NCBI GenBank assembly: GCA_963752565.1
Contig: CAVVZC010000018.1
Location: 7,039-71,038, forward strand
DNA length: 64,000 nt
Source of the DNA: an uncultured delta proteobacterium
GTDB lineage: Bacteria; Desulfobacterota; Desulfobacteria; Desulfobacterales; UBA11574
Direction of reading: 5' to 3'
Shown here piece by piece: positions 55,149-64,000 of this stretch (the stretch's first letter is position 1; every line of letters starts with the position of its first letter). Below the pieces are notes generated by a model. The model did no database searches and was not told where the DNA came from. It saw nothing but the letters and a program-made list of their open reading frames with translations. Made by a program: the position numbers and the translations under genes.

Positions 55149-56072
55149 CTACAATCTCAGACGTGCGCTGTAAGGCTCTCCAAAAAACCCGTGAGGCCTA
55201 AACGTTAGAATAAGAAGAATGATTGAATAAGCGATAAAATCACGGAGGGTCGAAGGAAATATCATGGCCACAAATATTTCAATGAAACCCAGCAAGAATC
55301 CGGCCATGCAAGCGCCTAAAATAGAACCTCTCCCTCCTAAAATAGCCGCCACAAATGCCTTCCAACCGAACACAATGCCCATGTATGGATCGAGAACCGG
55401 GTAGGCAACCCCGAAAAGTATCCCAGCAGCAGCAGCCAGGGCCGAACCAATGGCAAACGTCATGGCGGCAATGGTGTTTATGGACACACCCATCAGAGGA
55501 ACGACGACATAATCAAAGGCCATGGCCCGCATGGCCATCCCCCACTTGGTCCTGCGTACAAACTGGTGCAGTCCCAACATCAGCGTCAAAGATACCACTA
55601 CGATCATAATTTTCTTGTTCGTGACATACACGCCGCCAATATTATATGTCGTTGATTTGATCAGAGATGGAAATCGAACTCTTTTGGCGCCCAAGAGAGC
55701 CAGGTTTCCGGTCTCGAGAATGATACCGATCATCAACCCGGTGATTGCCGCCGAAGCTCTCGGTGCTTCCCGCAAAGGTCGATAACCCAGCCTTTCCACC
55801 AGCATGCCCACAAAAGAGGTCAGAAACATGGAAATGATAATGGTCAACACCAAGATCAACCAGTTGGGCAGTGCTATTGCACCGAAAGACGCCAGTGCCG
55901 TTACGCCGGTTGCAACACCAAATCCGATGTAAGCTCCGACCATGAAAATATCACCGTGGGCAAAATTGAAAAGCATCAAGATGCCGTATACCATTGAGTA
56001 TCCCAGCGCAATCAATGCATAAAAGCTACCCCATTGCAGTGCATTTATCAGGTTTTGGAAGAAAAACGTCAT
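55149..56072 (-). CDS. livH: Branched-chain amino acid ABC transporter permease LivH
   Basis: 307 aa; N-terminal FFQNLINALQWGSFYALIALGYSMVYG is typical of LivH. Confidence 0.9.
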   Translation of the reverse strand: MTFFFQNLINALQWGSFYALIALGYSMVYGILMLFNFAHGDIFMVGAYIGFGVATGVTALASFGAIALPNWLILVLTIIISMFLTSFVGMLVERLGYRPLREAPRASAAITGLMIGIILETGNLALLGAKRVRFPSLIKSTTYNIGGVYVTNKKIMIVVVSLTLMLGLHQFVRRTKWGMAMRAMAFDYVVVPLMGVSINTIAAMTFAIGSALAAAAGILFGVAYPVLDPYMGIVFGWKAFVAAILGGRGSILGACMAGFLLGFIEIFVAMIFPSTLRDFIAYSIILLILTFRPHGFFGEPYSARLRL

Positions 56073-56092
56073 CTATAATTATTCCTTTTCTT

Positions 56093-56133
56093 TCAAAAAA
56101 AGGCGGGCTCAGAGCGCATTGCCCTGGCCCGCC
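56093..56133 (-). terminator. Hairpin with flanking A/T runs between the binding-protein gene and livH (attenuator/terminator)
   Basis: The GGCGGGC...GCCCGCC stem is flanked by A8 on one side and T5 on the other. On the minus strand the stem is followed by T8. Confidence 0.5.
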
Positions 56134-56380
56134 CTTTTTCTAAGAAAAAATTATAATACCAGCATCGGGCTAAAATAATCTATCGGACCATATATTTAAT
56201 AAAACAAATCATGGCCGTTAGAACCTGCCTTTTCCCCAAAACTTAAGATTGGGAAAAGCGACTTTTTAAAGCAGTTCATTTCCAATTGTCAAGTGTTTTC
56301 AACTTGGCCGTTGACCATTGGAAATTAGATATTTCACCTCGACAAAACGTTGTCGATGATTCTTTAATAAGGGCTCACAC

Positions 56381-57553
56381 TTACGGGCAAACAGATTTAT
56401 AAAACTCGTATTTACCTTTATCGCTGATCTTCACGATAACGGCACACTTTATGGGATCGCCATCTTCGGTAAATGTCATCTTGCCGGTAATACCGTTAAA
56501 TTCTTTAATCTTGGCCATGGCATCCCGAACACTCTTGCGGTCCTTTTCTATATTGCCTGTAATTTTGCCTATAGACTGTATGGCCGTCTGAACAATGCTC
56601 AAGGCATCCCAGGTCAAAGCACCAACATCATCCGGCACATATCCGTGTTTTTTGTTATAGCGATCAATAAAAGCCTTGGTTGCCCCCTTTGCACCTGCAG
56701 CAGCGTAGTGGGTGCTGAAAAAGAGCCCGTAGCAGTCTTTTCCACACAGCTCAACCGTCTCCGCCGAACCCCAGCTGTCACTTCCCACAATCGGCTTATT
56801 CCATCCCAACTCATGGGCCTGCTGAACGATCAAAGCCACTTCATTATAATATTGCGGCGTAAACAACACTTCGGCGCCCGATTTTATGATCTTTGTCAAC
56901 TGAGAGCTAAAATCAGCATCCTTTGTTGTAAAACTTTCAAACGCCACCACAGAACCGGCACCGTTTAATTTTTCCCAGGCTTCTTTAAAGAACTCGGCCA
57001 ACCCCTTTGGATAATCACTGGCCACATCGTATAAAACTGCGGCTTTGGTGAATCCGAACTCCTCTTTAATGAAATTGGCCAGTACCGGCCCCTGGAAAGG
57101 ATCAAGGAAACAGCCTCGGAAAACAAAGGGTCGGTCCTTGGTGGTGTCTGGATTCGTTGACCAGGGGGTAATCATTGGCGTTTTATAGTTGTCTGCAACC
57201 CCTCCTGCAGGTATGGCCTGCTTGGAGGATTGAGGTCCGACAATAACCAGCACTTCATCCTCGGTAATCATTTTGGTATTGACCTTTACTGCCGACTCCG
57301 CTTTGGATTCATTGTCCTCGATAACCAACTCTACCGGATACTTCTTTCCCCCGACCTCGATTCCGCCGGCAGCTTTGATATCCTCAAGCCACATCTGGGC
57401 GGCAAACTTTGTCCCCTCGCCCACTTTGGGGATGTCCCCGGTCATCGGGGCATTGATACCAATCTTGATCGTTTTTGTCTTACACCAGGCAGAAGGTATA
57501 AAAATTAAACCGATCACCAGACATGAAATGATAAACAACCAACCTTTTCGCAT
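56381..57553 (-). CDS. Branched-chain amino acid ABC transporter substrate-binding protein (LivJ/K family)
   Basis: The ATG at 57553 is preceded by AAGGAGG. It has a signal peptide (MRKGWLFIISCLVIGLIFIPSAWC) and a type I periplasmic binding fold sequence (IKIGINAPMTGD...). Confidence 0.88.
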   Translation of the reverse strand: MRKGWLFIISCLVIGLIFIPSAWCKTKTIKIGINAPMTGDIPKVGEGTKFAAQMWLEDIKAAGGIEVGGKKYPVELVIEDNESKAESAVKVNTKMITEDEVLVIVGPQSSKQAIPAGGVADNYKTPMITPWSTNPDTTKDRPFVFRGCFLDPFQGPVLANFIKEEFGFTKAAVLYDVASDYPKGLAEFFKEAWEKLNGAGSVVAFESFTTKDADFSSQLTKIIKSGAEVLFTPQYYNEVALIVQQAHELGWNKPIVGSDSWGSAETVELCGKDCYGLFFSTHYAAAGAKGATKAFIDRYNKKHGYVPDDVGALTWDALSIVQTAIQSIGKITGNIEKDRKSVRDAMAKIKEFNGITGKMTFTEDGDPIKCAVIVKISDKGKYEFYKSVCP

Positions 57554-57705
57554 AACGGCCTCCTTTTTTCGATAATCGTTAACCTGTTGATTTACAAACA
57601 ATATCGACATCCAATCTCTTTGATTGATCTGGCTCAATAACATGATGAAGATTCTTTTTCAATAAAAATAATAAACTGGCCTCCGGTACTTTTATGTTAT
57701 GAATT

Positions 57706-57918
57706 TCATTTCTTTTGTTTTAGGTCACCGATCATTTCCTTAAGAATGGATATGACATTTCGTCCTCTTTCACGTGCAATTCGATGTGCGTCCTCAACAA
57801 ACCTGGCAGCCTGTTGCTCCAACTCCTCCATTGCAGGAACGGGAACATTCATCCTCTGATACTGCCAAGTCAACAGGCGAAGGGCCAGACGTTTCTCCTG
57901 TTGTCTAATAAAGCCCAT
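57706..57918 (-). CDS. Small hypothetical helical protein
   Basis: 70-aa charged helical ORF. I recognise no family, and its coding status is uncertain. Confidence 0.35.
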   Translation of the reverse strand: MGFIRQQEKRLALRLLTWQYQRMNVPVPAMEELEQQAARFVEDAHRIARERGRNVISILKEMIGDLKQKK

Positions 57919-58024
57919 TTAGGTTCTCCATTTAACGATTGTAACGCTTTAGCCTTTTAAAAACATTATTGCTTTAGTACTTTAATTGTGAATTTTGTGC
58001 ATTTTATGGCAAAAAAACAAAACA

Positions 58025-58165
58025 CAAGCACCAAATTCCAAATAAATTCGAAATTCCAAATTTCAATGACCAAAACTAAATTTTGTATATTTAACAGCTT
58101 ATCTTTGTTTTGAAATTTTCTTTTTGGTCATTGGATATTATTTGTTTTTTGTGATTTGTGATTTG
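58025..58165. repeat. Foldback/MITE-like element, family 3, copy E
   Basis: It begins CAAGCACCAAATTCCAAATAAAT. It contains the internal inverted repeat CAATGACCAAAA and TTTTGGTCATTG. It is ~80% identical over its first ~50 nt to the reverse complement of 59850-59906. Confidence 0.6.
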
Positions 58166-58216
58166 TTTTTTCTCTCCGAGCCATAGATCAACGAGCCGGA
58201 GGCCGTTTTATCCGGG

Positions 58217-59686
58217 TTAGGTATTGCATATCCAGAAGATAGCCTCTTCCAAAATTATTTTGGGCTTTTGTTTCGTGTATTTGAGCCGGAAATCAGCCTG
58301 ACTCAGGTGTTCAATGTCGTCAATAAGCTCATTTTTCGTAAATTTCTCTGACTTTATCAACATTTTGTACACAGGATAAGGATTGTCTGGAATTCCAAGA
58401 TCCGTCACCGGTTTACGTTTTTTATTTTCACGCTTCTTATTTTTTCGTTGGGCGTCCCCATCCATATCTCCCGAAAGCATGTCATCCCAACCTTCAATCT
58501 GATTCAGAAGTTCTTTATTATATGCCTGAACCGATGCCATAATGCTGTTTTTAAACTGAGCATACTGCATTTCAGGATTCCAGGAACCTCCATGAGGACT
58601 TTCCGCAAAATCCCTGATCACCAAAAGCTTTCTGATCTGATTGGTCATTGAGGCCAGAATTTGAAGGGGGTGATATTTCTCCATCAAAAGTGAATTTAAA
58701 AAAAAGAGCGATTTATCAATATTTCGATCTGCTATCGCATTTGTCAATTCATATATGGGGTCCTTTTTTGTGCGTTTTAGAACAAACGCTACATCCTCTA
58801 CCGTGATCCGCTTCCGATCTCCGACATAGCTCATCAGTTTTTCAAGGTTATCGGAAAAGGTTCCAATATCAAAACCGGTCATTTCATACATTGTCCGGTA
58901 TGCTCCCTTATCCATTGTCTTCTCATACCGGTCAAGCAAGACTTCCATCCTTTCAGAAAGGACAGCTTCTTGTGCAATTTTGTCCGCCCTTCGATCTCCT
59001 TTTGGCACCGAGCAGTCAATAATCATGCCGATTTTTTTTATGATCTTAAAAAGCTTCCGGCGTTTATCAACCCTATCAGTGGTAATGACCAGATGATTTC
59101 TTTTGGGAAATCCTTTTTCAATGGCCTGCTGCAAAATATCGACATTATATTCTTCAGACGGTATAAAAAGGTTGTTTTCCTTGCAAAACTTTATGACGTT
59201 ATCCAGCCATTCATGATCACTCGATTGGTCTGAATCGAGTTTCAAACTCTTTATTCTATTTGTCTCACTGATATCATTAAATGATAGATTTAAAATACCC
59301 AGAAGACTCAACAGTAACGTTGCCGCCTCCTTAATGTTTTGGGTATCATAGGCTTCTTTTGCTTTTTGAAACAACCGTCCTTCATCCTGTTTTGAGTAAA
59401 ATATATTGGAGTCGCAAATGGCAACCACTTTTGTTTCAGCTAAAAGTGAATAGGTGTTTATCCGTTCGACAACCTCTTTGATATGACCATTCGTGCCGTC
59501 GATGACTTCGTAATTAAAACCCCGATTCTTTTTGGGCAACAAGACATCCAGCAGGGTTTCCAGCGCGCTTTTGTAAAGCAGCGCTTCACCATAAATCAAA
59601 TACACCGGGGCAAAACCTTTGACCTTTTGATTTTCCTTAAGGTTTTGCAAATAATCATTCAGTTCTTTATATTGAATTTCAGGCAT
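58217..59686 (-). CDS. holA: DNA polymerase III delta subunit (HolA-like), unusually long
   Basis: N-terminal APVYLIYGEALLYKSALETLL and a later ...LFFLNSLLMEKYHPLQILASMTNQIRKLL resemble HolA domains I and III. At ~489 aa it exceeds the typical ~340. The start is uncertain (ATG at 59686 or TTG at 59713). Confidence 0.55.
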   Translation of the reverse strand: MPEIQYKELNDYLQNLKENQKVKGFAPVYLIYGEALLYKSALETLLDVLLPKKNRGFNYEVIDGTNGHIKEVVERINTYSLLAETKVVAICDSNIFYSKQDEGRLFQKAKEAYDTQNIKEAATLLLSLLGILNLSFNDISETNRIKSLKLDSDQSSDHEWLDNVIKFCKENNLFIPSEEYNVDILQQAIEKGFPKRNHLVITTDRVDKRRKLFKIIKKIGMIIDCSVPKGDRRADKIAQEAVLSERMEVLLDRYEKTMDKGAYRTMYEMTGFDIGTFSDNLEKLMSYVGDRKRITVEDVAFVLKRTKKDPIYELTNAIADRNIDKSLFFLNSLLMEKYHPLQILASMTNQIRKLLVIRDFAESPHGGSWNPEMQYAQFKNSIMASVQAYNKELLNQIEGWDDMLSGDMDGDAQRKNKKRENKKRKPVTDLGIPDNPYPVYKMLIKSEKFTKNELIDDIEHLSQADFRLKYTKQKPKIILEEAIFWICNT

Positions 59687-59766
59687 TGTAAAAATCTTTA
59701 TCCAAGAAACCAAGCCTTGATTACACCCGGAAGGGATTCGCTTTGTCGAATGTTCATTGACTTATT

Positions 59767-59908
59767 GAAATTCCAAAAATCAAACCTCATATATCAAGCA
59801 AATTCCAATGACCAAAATTCGAAAATCCAAACAATTTCTTCTCTGGGTAGGTTTTGGTCATTGACTATTTGAATTTGAGATTTATTTGTAATTTGGTGCT
59901 TGGAATTT
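59767..59908. repeat. Foldback/MITE-like element, family 3, copy F (inverted relative to copy E)
   Basis: It contains CCAATGACCAAAA and TTTTGGTCATTG. Its right end, TTTGTAATTTGGTGCTTGG, is the reverse complement of the copy E left end. Confidence 0.6.
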
Positions 59909-59999
59909 ATAGTTTTTATACACAAAACTCCAAGGCAGCAGTCATCTATCTCTGATCCGACCCAGAAGACCAGATTTTCAATGAAAGGATAATCGGGCC

Positions 60000-60518
60000 T
60001 TACGGCATTTTCTTAAAGAGAAGATGAAATATAAAAATAGTGATTCCAACAGTAATTGCGCTATCTGCGACATTAAAGGCAGGCCAGTGGTAGTTACGGA
60101 CGTAAAAGTCCAGAAAGTCAACGACCTCTCCAATTCTAATTCTGTCAATCAGATTACCTATTGCACCGCCGAGGATTAAGGCAAACCCCGAGGCGAGAAA
60201 AGGATGTGTTCTGTGCGTGTTTTTATAGAAGTAAAAAATAAAGCAAATGGCAAAAGACGAGAGCAAAAGAAAAAGGAAATTGCGCAAGCTCGAATCCTGA
60301 TGGGCCATAAACCCGAAAGCACCACCGGGATTATGAATGTGTGTGATGTTGAAAAATCCAGGTATAATGGTAATGGAATGATAAAGTGGAAGGTTTTTTA
60401 AAATTAAGATCTTTGTAATTTGGTCAAGTATAATGACTAAACCGGAAATAACGGCAAGTTTTGTATATTTGCCATACTTGGAATCTGATCCGTCTGAAGC
60501 AATAAAACTCGAGCACAC
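60000..60518 (-). CDS. lspA: Lipoprotein signal peptidase (signal peptidase II)
   Basis: NPGGAFGF, GGAIGNLIDR and FNVADSAITVG motifs are present. GTG start. It lies downstream of ileS, the classic arrangement. Confidence 0.9.
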   Translation of the reverse strand: MCSSFIASDGSDSKYGKYTKLAVISGLVIILDQITKILILKNLPLYHSITIIPGFFNITHIHNPGGAFGFMAHQDSSLRNFLFLLLSSFAICFIFYFYKNTHRTHPFLASGFALILGGAIGNLIDRIRIGEVVDFLDFYVRNYHWPAFNVADSAITVGITIFIFHLLFKKMP

Positions 60519-60652
60519 TTTTAAATTATTCCTTTATTAAATTGTCGGTCTTCAATTCTCCCAGCCTGGTTATTTCACGTGTGCGAGGCGTTCATTTGCA
60601 ATGTAAATAACAAACCGTTTTCATTTCTAATAAAAAGGTCTCTCAAAATTTT

Positions 60653-63448
60653 TCATGCAAAATTCAGGGCATCCTGGCACCGATTACAAATCGTCGGTTG
60701 TTCAGAATCGGCTCCAACGGAAATCTCATGGATCCAGCACCGTTCGCATTTTTTACCCGATGCAGGTTCAACCCGTATTGACAAACCTTCAATATCAAGG
60801 CTTTTATATATTTCGTCGGGTTTATCTCCTTTCATCAGCGAAGCTTCCGAAACGATAAATATCGTTCTTAAGTCATCCTTATACTTTTCAAGAATATCGT
60901 ATAGGTCACCATCTGTAAAAATGGTGGTAGATGCATCCAGAGAATGCCCAATGAGTTTTTTTACTCGTGCCTCCTCAAGTGCTTTTGTAACTTCACCTCG
61001 AACTTCAATGATTTTCTTCCATTCTTCTGCCAAGTGTTCATCTTTCCATGCCTCATTAACCACCGGCAATGACGTCATATGAACACTTTCTGAATTCATT
61101 TTACGGCCCGGCATGAAATTCCAGATTTCTTCAGCAGTAAATGCAAGTATCGGCGCCATTATTCGGGCCAGGGAGTCGAGTATTTTGTAAATGACGGTTT
61201 GCGCACTTCTTCTTTCTTTGGATTGAGATGGTGACGTGTACAGCCGGTCCTTGAGAATATCAAGATAAAATGCAGAAAGATCGACGATACAGTAGTTATA
61301 AAGGGCATGGTAAATAATGTGAAACTCGTAAGTATCGTAAGCTCTGCGTGTCCTTTGAACCAGCTCCTGAAGCCTGTGCAGCGCAAATCGGTCCAAATCA
61401 GACATCTTATCATAAGAGACCACATCCTTTTTTGGATCAAAATCATATAGATTACCCAGAAGGAATCGGCTGGTATTTCTTATTCTTCTGTAGGCATCGC
61501 TCAACTGCTTTAATATATTTTCAGAAATACGAATATCATCCCTGTAATCAGACGCGGATACCCATAGACGGAGGATTTCAGCGCCATGTTTTTTAATTAC
61601 CTCTTCCGGTGCCACGACGTTACCAAGAGACTTGGACATTTTTTTGCCTTCGGCATCGACGACAAATCCATGCGTCAAAACAGATTTGTAAGGGGCACTT
61701 CCCCTTGTTCCAACTGCAGTTAGGAGTGAACTGTGAAACCATCCTCTGTGCTGATCACTGCCTTCCAGATAGAGATCTGCAGGCCATTTAAGGTTCGAAC
61801 GTTGTTCCAGTACCGCTGCATGGCTGACACCGGAATCAAACCATACATCCAGAATATCATCTTCTTTAATGAACGCCTTGTTGCCGCATGTTTTACATAC
61901 GGCATCTTCAGGAAGCAGTTCTTCTACATTTTTTTCAAACCATATATCGGCACCATTTTCCTCAAACAATGTGCAGATACGGTCGATGACATCCGAATTG
62001 AGATACATCGCGTTGCATTTTTCGCAATAAAAAATAGCGATGGGAACGCCCCATGCCCGCTGTCTTGAAACGCACCAGTCCGGGCGATTTTCAATCATTC
62101 CGTAGATTCGTTCTTTTCCCCAGTGTGGAATCCATGTCACAGCGTCAATTTCTTTTAGGGCATTTTTTCTCAATCCTGTTTTGTCCATGGATATAAACCA
62201 CTGAGGGGTAGCCCTAAAAATGACCGGCTTCTTGCAGCGCCAACAATGGGGATAGGAATGCTTCATTTTTTCCTGGGCAATCAAAGCGCCATTTTTATGG
62301 AGATTGGCAACGATATTCGAATTGGCCTCGAAAACAAACTGGCCGCCAAATAAATCGGCTTCTTGGGTAAAACATCCGTTGTCATCTACCGGAGAGTACG
62401 CATCTAAATTATATAAAAGCCCTACTTCATAATCTTCACGGCCGTGACCGGGAGCGGTATGAACGCAGCCTGTTCCGGCTTCAAGCGTTACGTGAGATCC
62501 AATGATGATCAATGATTCACGGTCATATATCGGATGGCGGCATCTCTTTCGTTCAAGTGCGTCAGCCCTAATCTCGGCAAGTATGGAGAAGTCTGAAAAC
62601 CCAAAGGTTTTCATGCAATCTTCTACCAGCTCCTTTGCCAGAATAAGTACTTCACCATTTTTTGTGTCGACAGCGGCATAAATAATATCCGGATGAAGTG
62701 CAATGGCCAGGTTCGCCGGGATAGTCCAGGGCGTTGTGGTCCAAATAACCACAAATACCTTCTTATCGGCCAGGCCGTTGATCTTGTGACTTAAATCATC
62801 CTGAAGCAAAAATTTAACAAAAATAGACGGCGATGATTCATCATGATATTCAATTTCTGCTTCAGCAAGGGCCGTTTTACAGCTACAACACCAGTATATC
62901 GGTTTTTTACTTCGAAAAAGACTACCTTCCAGTGCAAAGTTGTTACACTCACGGGCAATCGTGGCTTCATACGCGTAATTCATGGTCAAATATGGATTTT
63001 CCCATTCACCCATGACCCCCAATCGTTTAAATTCTTCCCGCTGTATATCAATAAATTTTTCAGCATAAGCCCTGCACAGCCTTCGAATCTCACCTTGAGA
63101 CATTTTTAATTTCCTGGAGCCCAGCTCTTTTTCAACATTGTGTTCAACGGGAAGTCCGTGACAATCCCAGCCCGGAACATACACAGCATCAAAACCAGCC
63201 ATCTGGCGGGAACGAACAATAAAGTCCTTTAAAATCTTATTGAGCGCCGTGCCAATATGAATATGTCCGTTTGCATAGGGTGGACCGTCGTGCAAAATAA
63301 AAGAATCACGACCTGTGGAAGCTTGTCTGATTTTTTCATATAATCGGCGCTCATCCCACGACTTCAACTGCTCGGGCTCGCGCTTTGCGAGTCTGGCTTT
63401 CATAGGGAATTTTGTATTGGGAAGGTTGAGTGTTTTTTTATAGTCCAT
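60653..63448 (-). CDS. ileS: Isoleucyl-tRNA synthetase
   Basis: 931 aa with the HIGH motif ([11 protein letters not shown]), KMSKS, a CP1 editing insertion and a C-terminal zinc-binding CERCW...CNRC. Confidence 0.97.
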   Translation of the reverse strand: MDYKKTLNLPNTKFPMKARLAKREPEQLKSWDERRLYEKIRQASTGRDSFILHDGPPYANGHIHIGTALNKILKDFIVRSRQMAGFDAVYVPGWDCHGLPVEHNVEKELGSRKLKMSQGEIRRLCRAYAEKFIDIQREEFKRLGVMGEWENPYLTMNYAYEATIARECNNFALEGSLFRSKKPIYWCCSCKTALAEAEIEYHDESSPSIFVKFLLQDDLSHKINGLADKKVFVVIWTTTPWTIPANLAIALHPDIIYAAVDTKNGEVLILAKELVEDCMKTFGFSDFSILAEIRADALERKRCRHPIYDRESLIIIGSHVTLEAGTGCVHTAPGHGREDYEVGLLYNLDAYSPVDDNGCFTQEADLFGGQFVFEANSNIVANLHKNGALIAQEKMKHSYPHCWRCKKPVIFRATPQWFISMDKTGLRKNALKEIDAVTWIPHWGKERIYGMIENRPDWCVSRQRAWGVPIAIFYCEKCNAMYLNSDVIDRICTLFEENGADIWFEKNVEELLPEDAVCKTCGNKAFIKEDDILDVWFDSGVSHAAVLEQRSNLKWPADLYLEGSDQHRGWFHSSLLTAVGTRGSAPYKSVLTHGFVVDAEGKKMSKSLGNVVAPEEVIKKHGAEILRLWVSASDYRDDIRISENILKQLSDAYRRIRNTSRFLLGNLYDFDPKKDVVSYDKMSDLDRFALHRLQELVQRTRRAYDTYEFHIIYHALYNYCIVDLSAFYLDILKDRLYTSPSQSKERRSAQTVIYKILDSLARIMAPILAFTAEEIWNFMPGRKMNSESVHMTSLPVVNEAWKDEHLAEEWKKIIEVRGEVTKALEEARVKKLIGHSLDASTTIFTDGDLYDILEKYKDDLRTIFIVSEASLMKGDKPDEIYKSLDIEGLSIRVEPASGKKCERCWIHEISVGADSEQPTICNRCQDALNFA

Positions 63449-63683
63449 ATAACCTCCAAAACCGATTTTTTATGACCTCAACTGCTCTTAAACAAAACAG
63501 GAGATATATTTTTAGTCGTCTATCCCTGATGCCCTAACTCATTGCCATGAAGACTCAAAGATTGGGTTTTAAATTCTGAAAGGTACATTTAACACAGTTC
63601 TCTGTCAAGGAAATACACACGTGAATGTGAACCTGGTCGCAAGGTTTTTCTATATCGAATTTTGCAATGTAACGATTTACACT

Positions 63684-63720
63684 AAAAAGCCCGGGCAATA
63701 TCTTTTGTCCGGGCTTTTTG
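63684..63720 (-). terminator. Bidirectional rho-independent terminator after the HNH gene
   Basis: AAAAAGCCCGG-gcaatatcttttgt-CCGGGCTTTTT: an 8-bp GC-rich stem with A5 and T5 flanks, ~40 nt past the HNH stop. Confidence 0.6.
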
Positions 63721-63758
63721 GTGTAATCCGATGTTGTTAGAATGTAAATTATCGGTCC

Positions 63759-64000
63759 TTAATATATCCCAAAATCCTTCAATACTTCATTGATGCCGAG
63801 TTTTCTAACTTTCAGTCTCAGAAATTCTGCAATCGTTGGCTGATACACTTTCACCTTAATGTACATACGGGCTTCCGAAGGTGTTCTTCCACCTTTTATA
63901 TTATTACATGGCTTACAGGAAGAAACACAGTTCTCAAATGTAGTCCTGCCACCTTTAGATTTCGGTATAATATGATCGATCGTAAGTTTCCCATGATGGC
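63759..64000 (-). CDS. HNH endonuclease, C-terminal part (5' end beyond the right window edge)
   Basis: Own translation of the minus strand: HHGKLTIDHIIPKSKGGRTTFENCVSSCKPCNNIKGGRTPSEARMYIKV...FGIY*. The DH...N...CxxCN pattern is the HNH motif. The stop is at 63759-63761. Confidence 0.7.
   Translation of the reverse strand, partial: HHGKLTIDHIIPKSKGGRTTFENCVSSCKPCNNIKGGRTPSEARMYIKVKVYQPTIAEFLRLKVRKLGINEVLKDFGIY

Overview
This 64-kb window looks like a chromosomal segment of a moderately AT-rich, Desulfobacterales-like deltaproteobacterium; the taxon is inferred from gene content only. Most of it is housekeeping: ppnP, lpxA, HU, RRM and cold-shock proteins, efp, guaA, kdsB, larB, aat-clpA-clpS, secA, folD, argC, a TRAP transporter, a LIV-type ABC transporter, holA, lspA and ileS. 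I saw no rRNA, tRNA or CRISPR array. The main candidate system is a 12.8-kb, ten-gene minus-strand operon (25060-37896) for an MSHA-like type IV filament. It encodes a pilin, three bitopic alignment-like proteins, a lipoprotein secretin, a TPR protein, an ExeA-like ATPase with a peptidoglycan-binding domain, a GspE/MshE ATPase carrying tandem MshEN-type motifs, and a GspF platform. It ends in an 892-aa prepilin fused to a Cys/Asp metal-binding-like motif, two Ig-like domains and two LamG lectin-fold domains. The gene order is permuted relative to msh loci. There is no prepilin peptidase, retraction ATPase or minor-pilin block in the window. Other notable items: (1) a DEAH/DUF1998 (MrfA-like) helicase fused to a DEDDy exonuclease domain (MrfB-like); (2) a NYN-LOTUS gene inactivated by an A8 frameshift and a 190-bp insertion flanked by GGATC, with a second copy of the insert 846 bp away; (3) a translationally coupled vWA lipoprotein plus unknown polytopic membrane protein; (4) two small proteins with (D/E)RR repeats near a PilZ gene; (5) several families of MITE-like or foldback repeats, two of which flank single genes (M23 peptidase, holA) as inverted pairs. 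All family assignments come from reading the translations, with no searches run.
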